Positions 23,201 through 35,238 of a stretch of 64,000 nt of DNA are shown here, piece after piece. Under the pieces are notes generated by a model, which was not told the DNA's origin, searched no databases, and saw only the letters and a list, made by a program, of their open reading frames with translations. The translations under genes and the position numbers were made by a program. The stretch covers positions 510,128 through 574,127 of the forward strand of contig BDGG01000001.1 in assembly GCA_001949185.1 (NCBI GenBank). The letters run 5' to 3'. Numbering within the stretch: position 1 is the stretch's first letter; each line of letters starts with the position of its first letter. The DNA is from Ramazzottius varieornatus. Its lineage: Eukaryota; Animalia; Tardigrada.

Positions 23201-25062
23201 ATTCACAAATGTCGTTGCGGTTTTTTTGGACTATCTGTAGCATAATTGTTTCTTTGAGAAATTTCGGATAATAATATTGATTGGTGTTTTGTTATCTCAG
23301 ATTGATATCAGCTGCAGTCCCGTCTTCTACAAGTGGTTACTGGGGCAAGAAAGTCATCTGGGCTTGACTGATTTGGCTCACATCGACGCGGAGATTTTCA
23401 AGCAGGTGGAGAAGCTATACAGGATTGCCCGCAAGAAGAAGTGGTCAGATGCCAACTCGGAGGTAGGTGGAAGCTCGGCAAAGGAACTCGACCAGAGTGT
23501 TGCCCCGAGTGACGCAGGTCCTCAGTGTTATTGCCTGGTGGCGTGCGCCACTTGGGAAAAACAAGCTGGCCAAGTTGTTCACGTCGGTCAGAATTGCTCT
23601 TTAACGTTCTGGCAGAGTGATGAAAGAGCTTTTGGGGTTGAATAAGATGAGTACGAACGAGGAAACTGAGTGTTTCTCTTTGGCAGGTGGGCGATACCAA
23701 GTTGGAGTGTGACGACGACGAAGTGTTGTACGATGGAGTGACGGTGGAAGACATGTGCTTGACGCATGTCTTGCCCGGCTATGAAGACATCGAACTGTGC
23801 CGTGGCGGAAGGGATAAAGTGGTGACGTTGGACAACCTGGAGAGCTACATCAATGTAAGGCGAATTCCTTTCCCAATTCCAAAAACAGACAGGAGGAGAA
23901 TCGGTAAAAAACTCGGAAAATATCCCGAAAAAATGCATTCAAATTCTTAGTTTTAAAAAACATGCATGAAAATACGAACAAACTCAAGCCAGAAAAATGT
24001 CCTGTAGTTACGGAAAGTAGCCTGGATTTTGTTTTATTAGATGGTGGTGTATTTCTACTTGCGTGATGGGGTGCATCGGCAACTGGAGGCCTTCCGCGAA
24101 GCCTTCGACTCTGTGATACGAGTCAAGCATCTGCAGCTGTTCCGCGCCGAAGAGCTGGACGCGGTCTTCTGCGGCCATGGCGATCACCTGACCGAAGGTT
24201 GGGACGTCCAGACATTGCGCGACACGTGCCGTCCCGACCACGGCTTCACCGTCGAAAGCCGAGCTATCCAGTGGCTCTTCAGTATTCTCTCGAAGTACAA
24301 CGCGGAAGAACGACGAAACTTTGTCCAGTTTGTGACAGGCTCGCCCAAACTCCCTGTTGGAGGTAATAGAATGCAGAATTTCGTGGTATCGACGGTTAGA
24401 GTAGAAGTCGGGGTCAGGACAAAGCCATTCTAGCAGGGGAACAGGCCCTGACACTAGTCATAAAACTGGTCTCTATCGCAAATAGTTGGGGAAGCAGCCA
24501 GGCATTGTATGGGTCTTTCTGTGTGAGAAAAGATTTGGGGACAGGTAAAGCGACGCTGATAAAGAGTGGGGAGACCAGGTTTCTACTCCTGGACGGACAC
24601 GCATTTGGCACAAGTGCTAGAACGGCGTTGGTGTGGATGCCAATATCCGTTTAGGCGAAACCCTCGGTTTCTATTCATGGATAGAAGTCAGGGTAGTTGT
24701 AACCGGAGCTGCGGACAGTAGTGCCATGGTTTCTATTGGGTTGGTCCATATTGTGTATATGTTACGTCTGGGTAGAAACCGAGGCGGCTGGGCGATACGG
24801 GTAATGGTTCGGATACTTGGTTTTTGTTTGAGATAGACAACGGTTAATTTAAACCGTGTTTTCAGGTTTCAAAGCGCTGAATCCACCCTTTACGGTGGTG
24901 AAGAAGGTTGTGGGAGAAAGCCAGAAGCCGGACCAGTTCCTGCCATCTGTGATGACGTGTGTCAACTACCTGAAGCTGCCCGACTACTCGTCGGTGGAGA
25001 TCATGAAGAAGCAGATTCAGATGGCTTGCAAGGAAGGCCAGCATTCGTTCCACCTGTCCTAA
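14289..25062 (+). CDS. TRIP12: TRIP12/ctrip (Ufd4-type) HECT E3 ubiquitin ligase, multi-exon
   Basis: Disordered basic N-terminus; ARM region ([40 protein letters not shown]); WWE domain ([13 protein letters not shown]...[14 protein letters not shown]); KMNRQLQDP; HECT motifs [30 protein letters not shown] and [17 protein letters not shown], ending SFHLS*. Confidence 0.95.
20850..20965. repeat. Representative copy of a ~110-bp palindromic dispersed element (core AAGTGGCGCAC...GTGCGCCACTT)
   Basis: Full or half copies near 11740, 16440, 16930, 17045, 18085, 18170, 18710, 19615, 19685, 20880, 23545, 31140, 31200, 32920, 39585, 39695, 43110, 54480, 59335 and 59760. Confidence 0.85.
21692..21759 (+). 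repeat. Intronic duplicate of 68 bp of the next TRIP12 exon (21903-21970)
   Basis: cggcctacgataccggcgtgattcct(a/g)ttgtg(c/g)aatc(c/g)actttg(t/g)atctgcacctgacatcagccatt, 4 substitutions. Confidence 0.9.
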
Positions 25063-25861
25063 TTGTGTGTCGTAAAACTGTTCTTTGATGGGTTTCCTCT
25101 TGGAAAGCTGTGTTTCTTCTTACTCTTAGCATTAGTTGTTGCGCCTGGTCAGCGCTGTCAGTGATCACCCTGTGATGCCGGGGTTAGCTTTTTTCGTCTC
25201 TTCTTCATAGTAGATGGCTTTCCTCTTGTCGACTTCTGACGAAGAGCAGCCGATAGTGTAGTAATCATTACAACGAGTTTCTAGTTTTTTCCGGCTGTGT
25301 GTACTTGATGAAGAGTCGGGTTATAAATCAATATGTCTCAACAAAGTACTACGACGCGCTCAGCTTCATATTGATCCCGTTCAAATTTTGATCGTGCCTG
25401 GTGTCCAACACTGCATGTACAGGATTTTTCCGCCAAGTGACCACCACCCCGTAATCTTGATGGCGCTCGCGACTGAATGTATTGTTGTTCTCCTAACTAT
25501 TTTTCTTTTACTGTGTCTTCCTTTTGATACCTTTCAAAAATAACTCGGACAGAAAGACGTTTTGTAGGAAGTCGAAATTTTGTCCAACACTGGGGAAGGT
25601 GCAGTCACGTAGCTGCTCCGGAGTGAACTTTTTGCCCATTCTCTCTACGCAGAAAAAAACTTCTTGCTTCTGTGCACTTTTGAGTTGGAAATACTTATTG
25701 AAATTGTTAGACTGTGGTCTGAATTTCCGACGAAATATTGTGTTTTATCGTAGCACTTGTCGATTGAATCATACAACAACTTTAATGGAATCGTGCCGAA
25801 AAATGGAATGGACAATTGTGAACAAGAATTTTTGAAACCGGCTAGGTCTTTTTTCGACAAG

Positions 25862-25910
25862 TAGAAGCATGAAAGGATAGCCAAATAGAAGCATAAAAGG
25901 ATAGCCAAAT
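25862..25910 (+). repeat. 24-bp tandem duplication
   Basis: tagaagcatgaaaggatagccaaa / tagaagcataaaaggatagccaaa. Confidence 0.8.
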
Positions 25911-26621
25911 CCATGAGTCGTGCGAATCAGAAAACTGGCTGGGATAGGCTGAGCTAAACTGGGGTACGTGTACGGGAAAACTTTTCGTGAAAACTGAGTT
26001 CGTGTGAATCAGCAACTTTTTCAGGCTTTGAGGGAATTTCGTAAGCACTTCTTCCAGCTTTCCGACTAGGTCCCTCGGTCTCGACCGTAATCATAATTCG
26101 TAAAAGGACTGAGCTACAACGGAAAGTGGTTGAATGTGAAAGCTGAAAGAGTTCTTGGATCGGAAGGCGAGTTAAAATGTCACGAGAAGTGGTTTCTCGG
26201 TACAACGGACAAATCTGACGGTATCAATTCATTCGCCAGATAAGTCTGACATTCTTTTGAACTTTCTTACTCTTGAATACGGACCTAAATAGTTGTGAGC
26301 CCATTGAAGGTGAATCAAGGATGAATACTGACACATGCAGTTGCAGAGACCCCGGTTTGTTGGAGGCAAAAAGTTTTCCTCACCGGAAGTACATTTCAGT
26401 CAACTTTCCCAACCCACGTCTTAATGCACGCAAACGAGCTTTGTCTCAGCGAAAGCAGTTACATGAAATACGACCGAAAGGCAAACGAGCAGTCTGATTT
26501 TTTTCTACGCCAAAGTTCTAAGCGGTAGTCACTTGGCGGAACAACCTGTACGTGTCGGCAGATATCCCATTTAAGTTCTTTAAATGGTGTTAGTCAGTTA
26601 CGATGTGAAGTTAACATCATG

Positions 26622-28151
26622 TTACTCGCAGCGGAAACGAAAGCCCTCTAAGTCACTAGCCACTTTGTGTTCCTCCTTCTTGATCCATCGGTCCACTGCT
26701 TCATTCAGCTCGATGGTGAAATGCTTCTTCCAGTTGCCGTACGTACCTGAGATGGAAAATAGTTATGGTCGAGGACAGTTATGATTTGATGTTGCAGCGG
26801 TACTACATTATCTTTCTGAATGGAGTGTATTCTGACCTGACCGAATGAAGGGCGAAGCGGAGTGGTCCAGCTGGGCGTGAGTCGTCTTGTTCACCTTCTT
26901 GTTCTTTCGCATGGAGTCGAACGAGCAAAGGCTGACGATGTTGTCCAGCTGCTCATCGGTCAAGTTCTTGCCCAAGAACTTTGCCACATGATCAATGGTC
27001 GCCCGGCAGTTCTGAAAACAGAGCTGGTACGAAAACGTCGGTTCACGTGCCATATTCGAGAATACTCTCTCCTTCAATGTCAGCCACAGAAGAGTTCGGC
27101 TACGTACGCACCATCAAAGTGTCTTCGTAGGTCAGGAAGAGGATGTTGTCACGGTCTCGATGCTTCCAGAACGACGCCACCTGCGATTGAAATGTGTCAA
27201 CGTGGCTGCGACAGCTGTCGATGTGCCGCAGTAAAACATCGAGCTGAATAAGGTGCAGCAAAGCTTACGTACATGTTTGTGGAAGGGTGTGTATGGAGCC
27301 TTGTCGTTGATGTAAGACATGGCGATATCTTCCAAAGTTCCCGAGAAGGCGAAAGGTTTCAGCGACGAGAAGAAAAAGTAGGTGGATACAATGACATCTT
27401 TCGGGTTGCCCGCCACATAGATTATCTGCTAAAAATATCTCATACAGCGGAAAGGAGATATACTGGTGAAGGGTTGGCCTTTCATCGTATCTGTGTACCT
27501 TTGCCTTCTCCAAGATGGATTTCGGAACAGCTTCATACCCAAGATGGGTGGCGTAGAAGCGCGGTCGTGGCTGTTGTTTAACCTTGTCAACGGTGCGCGT
27601 GCCAATCGGGGCGTCAGGTCGATCAGTAAACTCCAGGTAGGTGTCCACATCCGGCAACACCTTGCCATCGAAAGCCATGCAAGCTGGATCGCCGTCGTGG
27701 CGGATCATGTGGATGATGGCGCGGAACATATTCCTTCCTGCCGAGCATAGGGCGGAATTAAGGCCTGTTGGGCAGCCACTGTTGCCTCAAAGGACCGATG
27801 AGCTGAGGCTTATGTATGCCTACCTGCTTTCAGGAAGGAAATCAAGCATACGTCGTCCTCGTAGGCTTCAAACGTGTCCACATCCGTCAGGCTTTCGTAG
27901 TATGGATAGTTAACCATCGTTCCCTTGTGGAAGACCCTACAATCCAATAAAGTTTCATCATCTTTCCTTGACACTCCAAAATTGGGTATGGTTGGGAGGT
28001 AAAATACACAGCGGACGTCTTACAAGAAATCGGGATCCTGGTAGGTGTAGTCGAACTTGGTGCCGTCGACCATGACGGGAGTTCCGGGACGCGAACTGCG
28101 GGGACTGTCGTTGCCATTGAGTAAGTTGTTGAAGCTTGGGCTAGAATTCAT
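26622..28151 (-). CDS. Cytosolic sulfotransferase (Sulfotransfer_1 family) with atypical PAPS-binding motifs, multi-exon
   Basis: DDVCLISFLKAG|RNMF, TYLEF, PRFYATHLGY, IIYVAGNPKDVIVSTY, FLGKNLTDEQLDNIVSLCSFDSMRKN, FIRSG|TYGNWKKHFT. ATG at 28151, TAA at 26622-26624. Confidence 0.88.
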
Positions 28152-31100
28152 GGTTCCACGGAAAGCAGACGGGCTTTGGGTACTTCAAAAGAGACAAAGC
28201 CGACGGACGGAGAAGAAACAAAAACAACTTGTTGGATGTGAGCGGAAGAAATACCGGATTTTGAGACTGTTATATAAATAGTAGATTCGCCTTGCATTTA
28301 TACCATTTGGAAAAGAGGTTGACTGTTACGTCCGAAATGTCTTGATGCCAACGTTTCCATGAATATTTTGACTGCTAATCAGCCGGCATTGAACCTTAGT
28401 GTAACGAGAGGAACAAGCGATAATTAAAAAACTCTTGCAACTTGCTTGTTCTTGAATTATACAGTAGCACCGTCAGGAGGTAGTCAGTGCTTGTCAAATG
28501 GAAAAATAACTTGGTTCCTCCACAGGGCTGTGCACTCGAACTTTTAAACCGTAGACTGAACGAAAACCCAAAGCCCTACAGGGCACACACTTTAGCCAGT
28601 GCGCAGCGCCCTCTGCGGAGGCTAGCTGGAGCAAAGGGGATTGTACGAGAAGAAAAAAGGCGCCATGACGTCTAGCAGAGTCTGCCGATACGTTGCCCTC
28701 TTTTTAGACCACAAGTCTGATTAGCTTTGCGCAATTGATACATTATGCCGCAGGTTCTTTCATTACGGGCGATTTCCTCGAGTATCTAATTCCAAATTTA
28801 TTATTGCATGTGAGTGCAAAGGGGTGAACCAGTGCCATGTATTGCTGCAGAGATTCTCAAAGATCCACTCTTTAGCCCTAGTCCTGGTCAGTTGCTCACT
28901 CTTGGCGCTTTTAAGAACTACTTGTTAAACTTTAAATTTTCAAACCTGAAGCGGTGCAAGGATTTTATCGATCCTCTGTTGGTTGTATAGTTGTATTTTG
29001 TACAGCAGCTCTCTTCTTCTCCACGGCTTTCTTGCCAATTCTTTTTTCAAATTTTGTCCCCTAAGCACTTAGCCTGGCAGAGCATTCGGACAATAAAGGT
29101 TATTATTATTATTATTATGAAGTTTTTCGTATGGAGTTACAGTTTCACTGACATACGGAAGGCGGAATGAAGTTAATTACGGAGTAGCAAGTAAGAATGT
29201 ATGAGATGATTGTAACAGTGCAAGAAAGGAGTCTTTGGTTGAAAGGATAAATGGCATGTTTGAACGGCGTCGAATGAATGGAAGGCGATTGCGGTACAGG
29301 TGGGAATTACGGTGGAGAGCGAGCGCACAATACGCATTTATCATTCTTGCCAAAAAAGGATTACGGACCCAAGGTGGGACAATGAATGACAATGGGCCAT
29401 CAGAGGGAAATTCAATTCACACGTTCGCAGCCGCTAAGAAGCTGCTTCCCCTTCCCTTTCCCTTGCCACATTCCTTTTCTTCACCGCCCGCAAATGACTC
29501 GCCTCCTGTTGTGCCCGAATTGACCATATTCACGGGATATTACTGTTCTTACCACCGTGCCGCATAGTCAGGGCTGGCTCTCCCCCGAAGGCCGTAAATC
29601 ATCATGTCGCTCTTTTTACTTGAGTGAAATTCATTGGTCAAAGGCACAACATTCCAACCACCCTACCAACAACTGAGCATAACCTAAAAATTTGACCGAT
29701 TTGAAGAAACGAAAGGCATTTCTGCACAGTTTCTCCGTCACACAAAAATAACTCGAAATTTTAGAACAAGTTTTTGGTTTTGAAATCCGTTATGCTATAT
29801 TTGGACGTTGTAATCAGTGTACGGTTACCGACCACCCAGTTTCAATCATCTCGACTGTACTGTAGACCGGCGTAGTTTTTTACGAGTTTCGTGCACAGAC
29901 TATGTCTAGGCTATGCGTTTCCCTCTGGCTTGTGGAGGCTGCTGCTTTGAATAGGAAATTAATTCTTCATGGTTCAACGAAAAAACCGAAGGTTAGACAA
30001 TAGGTCATTACCGATAAGGAGACTTGGACAGCTTTGCACAGAGGCAGCCGTCACCGCGATTAATGATCACGTATTGTTGTTCTCCGTACAAAGGTCAGAA
30101 TAATACATGGTGCGGCAAGCTCTGTGTATATTCTAATCCACATTTCCATATTGAAAGCCGCGTCCATTTCCTGGATGTGAGTGTTGATTAATTTTCATCT
30201 GCTGAAGAATAAGCACCACTCGATACTCTAAGCCGGTTTATATTATGAAGAATGACGAGCGGGAATGTATCCCCCTTTTGCCGAATAACGGGACTGGGCA
30301 ACGAACCGGAAGGAGATCTAAAAAGGAAGCCAAAGCTCACCTATTGATGGTTGTTGTGCCTGCAAGCAACAGTCCTCTCTCGCTATAGAAATGTCCCTAA
30401 TGCATTTTCCACTTTACTTGACGTCCCTTTACTTGACGTTCAATGGCAGTGTATAGAAGGAGGGAATATTTTCAATTCTCATCATTATACGGGGAGAGAA
30501 TGTAGAGTGTAATTACAGGTGAATGAATTGAGGGAAAGCTGTCATGGTGCGGTTCATCATCATCATCATTATTGAGGGGTTCATTGAGGCCGGGGAGGAA
30601 AGAGAGGCGGACTATTGTGGGTGACGAGCCAGCTTATAATCTGCTTATTATGTCTTCATTGTCCGGCTCTTCAATAGGCAAATCCATACACAGTGTAATA
30701 TAATTTCCATTTTTGCGTGTAAAGGCTATTGTCGTACCGGGAGGAAAAGTATGGCTGTAACGTTGCAGAATATAGGAGCAAACAACAGGAGTCTTCGTGG
30801 TGGGTGCATCCATGTGCACTTTCACGCTATACCACAATAGACGACACGCAATGAGCATTGTGTTGAGCGGACTATGGAAAAGAAGAGCCCACAATGACGC
30901 TGTGCGGCAAATGGAATGAGAAATATTTGCTCCTGGTGAATACGGGGATTGTCTAGAGGAATGATGCAAGGAACAGTGGAGAAACAACGCCCATTTCTTG
31001 GCGGTCTTTTCTTGTTCTTCCTACTTCCCAGAAGTCAGAAACACGGATCCGGACCTGAATAATTTAAGGCGCCGACAGATGAGTTCAACATTATCGTTTC

Positions 31101-33429
31101 CCCAACTGACGCACCAGTTTAGCCAAAAACACCGATGAGGTGCGCCACTAGAGAAATCAGTGACATCGATTTTCTAAGTGGTTCTACAACGAGAACATGC
31201 GCCACTAGGGATAATGATCAGGCTCAAGTCATTATACCAGCGTCTCATTCCGTGGCATACAGATTCGACCATTTATCTACGGAGGTTTCACCGTAAGAGT
31301 ATATATTCTGACGTACACGACGGTCATGTGATCCGGTTAATTTGGCATACAGACACCAGAGACGTTTCTGATTTTTCAACGAGTACATCGCTTTTGGACG
31401 ACTGAAATCAGAATGCAACGTGTCGCAAAAGGTGGACAATGAACGTTGGCCGGCTGCCGGCTGTAGCAATATTTTTTCTAGAGAAAAGCAGCGAAGCGTG
31501 GCCTATCGATGGTCGGCTTGCAAAAACTATGTGGTTGTTGATAGGGCAGCCGCCGTTCAGTCTTTGAGGAGCGCTCATAAAAATGGTGCTAAACGCATAA
31601 GCGGACATGTTGCAAAGTAAACGAACAAGATTGTAAGCTACCATGTTATTACTGCCAGCTAGTCGCACCGCATTGCAAATACACGTATTGACATCTCTTT
31701 CGCATGCATAAAATTTTCGTACAATGTGACGTTCTCAGACTATTTTTGTTGAAGAAGAAAAACCGGTATTGGGTTTGGATTTTGGCCAAAGGTACATACA
31801 ATAACCGGCCGCAGAAAAAGGCCAGATATCCTCGATAAGGCTCGATGATAAGAACTTGCGTTTGTCGCTCAAAAGAAAAATTTCTTCTTTCGGACGTCAT
31901 CACCGATTTTTCGAGCATCCGACCGGTATCACTTTTTACAGCAAATACAAACGAGCATTGGTTTCTGGTGTTTCAAAACAATTACAGTGGAGCCACCAAT
32001 GGCTGTGCATCGAACCAAGGCCGCATATTATGTGGTCTCGATCGAGCCTTAGTGCTGCAATGCGGGATACCTCCGGAGCTCTTTAGTGGTTTTGTTCATC
32101 ATGATGAAAAGGAGGACAAGAGGGGAAAAGAGGAAGCGGGACAATTAGGACCGAACATATTGCATATAGATGATAATCGTTTATACACAACATTGAACGG
32201 TATGTCAGACGGACATCACCCCACCGGCAACCCAAACACATATCGACCCGGTCCGTAAATCACTCTCCCCAGATCCTACTCGATAAACGCGTCGAATGCT
32301 GCCTATGCCGGTTCGATCTGGTATTCAGCTCGGTCAGACTTTGACTGATGGTCGCCGGTGGAAATTTACGGAGGCTGCTGGTTAGGGAGGGAGCGGCCTG
32401 CCTTCATTTGTACCACACTGTTCGGCACCGCTGGCTCGGAAATGACTGTGCGCGGCAGATGCTCTTTAAAATTTCATTATACAACCATTAGATTTGTCTC
32501 CATCATGTCCATCCTGCGCTCCAGTGCTTGCAGACTGCTTGTTGTCCACTCCATTCTTCCCTTTTGTCCTAGCGTCCTTCAAAGGCCGTCTGTGTGTGTC
32601 GCTATTTTCAAATCCCGCTTTTCAGACCCCCTTCCCGTGTTATCCACGGTAGTCCCCAGCACCCTAACCCATCCTAAAGTGCCTAATTACCGGCCTAACT
32701 GTCCAGCGCCCCAACCTGATTTAAGCCGATATCGAAGCCCAGTTTCCTTCTTCGATCGGCGGTTTTTGGGAAGCAAAAACTTTCGTGGAAGCAATTCGCA
32801 CTTGTACACAGTGCAAGCCTGAGCACTTGAACGTAGTGAGCCATACATGCCGCTTTTACAAAACGTAAGTGATGAAAAGAGGAACGTCGGTAAATGACTC
32901 AAACAGATCGTTACCCCAAGTGGCGCACGTTTCCAGTGATATCGGCTGTCAGAGTGCGCCACTTGACAGAATAACCAGATTCAAGTCATTTGCCGAGGTC
33001 CTGATAACAGGATTTTGAGGAACGGCCAAAGTTTGGATTAGTCTGGTGTTCTCCCCAAGAAAAAAATTAAAAAGTTTCGGCCTGAACCATAGGAGCGCAA
33101 GAGTGCATGTTATTGAATCAAACGATGGAATTTATGGTTGGAAAATAGCCGCACAGCAATATGACACACAAAGCTCAACTTTGGCTACTGGCATATTACA
33201 ACCTCTGAATAGGTCATCAAGGTGGTCATAAAAGTCTCCACTGCTTGTTTGTATCCGCTTCTTACGTACACCTATCAAGCGCAGCCGAGGAAAGCCATGC
33301 CAACAGTACAAAGAAAAGTATTCTTCCCTTCTGCGTTTCCCAAGAAAGATTCTACTGTAACACCGTTGCAGCAGATTTCCTTACCATCCCTATGATGACT
33401 AACGACCTGTTTACGATGGTTACACAGTG

Positions 33430-34520
33430 GCTGATGGCATTGTAGCATGGCACAATTAGGCTATTGTGGTCGAGCCCATTCAGCTGGCGATATTATGTGC
33501 CGCTCGCACAAAGCAACCTTTTTGCCTCTATTTTCCTCGCTTTGACAATAGTGTCTTTTTGCGAGCTGCGACCGAGCGCACTGCTGATATTTAGCCGCAA
33601 AGAAAAGAGATGAAACGAAGGACAATGGTGGAGAAAAGATTGAGGCACAATGGCATATCGCTGGGTATTATACACCGCACAAAACACTATTGCACGCAAC
33701 TGCGCACATTATTCTCCTTTTCGATTCTTTTCTTATTGTAGGCAATACCTGGGTATGATTTTTATACCACGCATTACACGCAACATTAACCGTAAACAAC
33801 ATCAAAGGCCATTTTATACACATGCCGATGCGAAAAAACTGTTGAGTATTCAATCAATGAAACAATCGCAGGCGTCACTCGGCTTTGCATCGGTGCGCTG
33901 ATGAAACCTTGGAGTACAATGGGGTATCAATCGTTCTTTAGCCAAAAGGTGAGAACAATACCTACGGACGGTGCTTTTTGTGACAACGATCACGACAGGT
34001 GTGCGCCTGCAGCTTCAGCTTGACGGAGTGAAAGTATATACATTTGGCGTCGATGAGAAAATCATATGTGACAATACAGCCAAAAAAAGCGAGGAAAAAT
34101 GACAGAAGGAGAATGGCTGAGGAAAAATAATTGCAATTTGACTGGTGATATGTGGACAAAGCGCGGTTTGGCGTTGGTGTGAAATTGTGCCGCTGTATGA
34201 CACCGATTCGGGGTTTTCTCGCGCACATGAGCCTACCTTTGGTTATTCTCTGTATCAATACAAATTATGGAAACAGTACAAAGGCCCTGTAATGTGCCTA
34301 TATTTACCAGGGCTCATATTGTGCGCCCGGACAATGTGAAGAAAGAGCGCAATGCGTACAAGAAAAAGCCCGACAATTAATCATTTTTCCCTTGTGTCAG
34401 AAATGAAAAATGCGGCAAATAGGTTTTTTCATCAGCCTTGTGTGAGCCAGCGGCCCAGCGTTTACTTTTGCGCGGTGCCGCCATTGTGAGTACGCTGTTC
34501 AAACGACCGCATGATTGTGT
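33430..34520. promoter_or_regulatory. Cluster of Sox/HMG consensus sites (ACAAT/ATTGT) upstream of the SoxB2 gene
   Basis: At least a dozen ACAAT/ATTGT cores in ~1.1 kb, with further clusters near 29378-29395 and 30834-30897. Confidence 0.5.
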
Positions 34521-34767
34521 GCTCGCTTCGTTATTTTGTCCGTACTTCGCACTATGGCACGAAGTGCGAAGTACGCCTAAAGAAGACCTTGGGAGTAAAA
34601 AACGACGAAACGAAGACCTACAAAAAAGGTTCGCGGACGGCTAAAACAATTATCGAAAAATTCGAGGAAATTAGGAGCGAGTTTGCTGGCTAAAATATCT
34701 TGCAGAAACAGAAGGAAGAAAGGGATCTTTCGACAGTATTCAGGGAGGGTGATGTGCCCGCCAATCA

Positions 34768-34800
34768 GCACAAGATCACTTAATAGAGTGGGCGTGGAAG
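34768..34800 (+). promoter_or_regulatory. Candidate proximal promoter of the SoxB2 gene (CCAAT box + GC-box-like)
   Basis: GCCAATCAG followed by GTGGGCGTGG about 450 bp upstream of the ATG. Confidence 0.4.
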
Positions 34801-35238
34801 AGGAGGAGCTGCCGATAGACCTGGACAAGACGGGAGGCGGCGCCAACCGGGAAGGCTTCCAATGGAGAGACGCAGCTGCGTACAGCGCGGCCTATTTTCT
34901 CGCTGGCCGCTGTGCCGTACAATTCCGGCATTGATGAGCTATATCAGCTGGCTAGTGTGTAATCGTCTTATGTTCAAATCGACACCTTCAGTCTTGTGCT
35001 ATTCGGTCATTTTCATGCGATTGAAGACTTCACAGTTTCCGTAAATTATACGTCTTTCTCATTTTATCGCGCACCTTGTGTGTGTTCTGTGTTGCCTTTA
35101 TCAAGTAGCGATTGTGAAGCTGAGGCCAGACAATATTACTCCCTCCGACGCAAACAAGGTCTGTGTGGATATTCTCCCGTGATTTGCTTGCTGGCTTGCT
35201 TGAAGGTACCAAGGAGAAAGGACGATCACACGATCAAA

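Noticed and set aside
28980-28993. let-7-like 3' half ggttgtatagtt
   Set aside because: The 5' seed TGAGGTAG is absent and there is no hairpin
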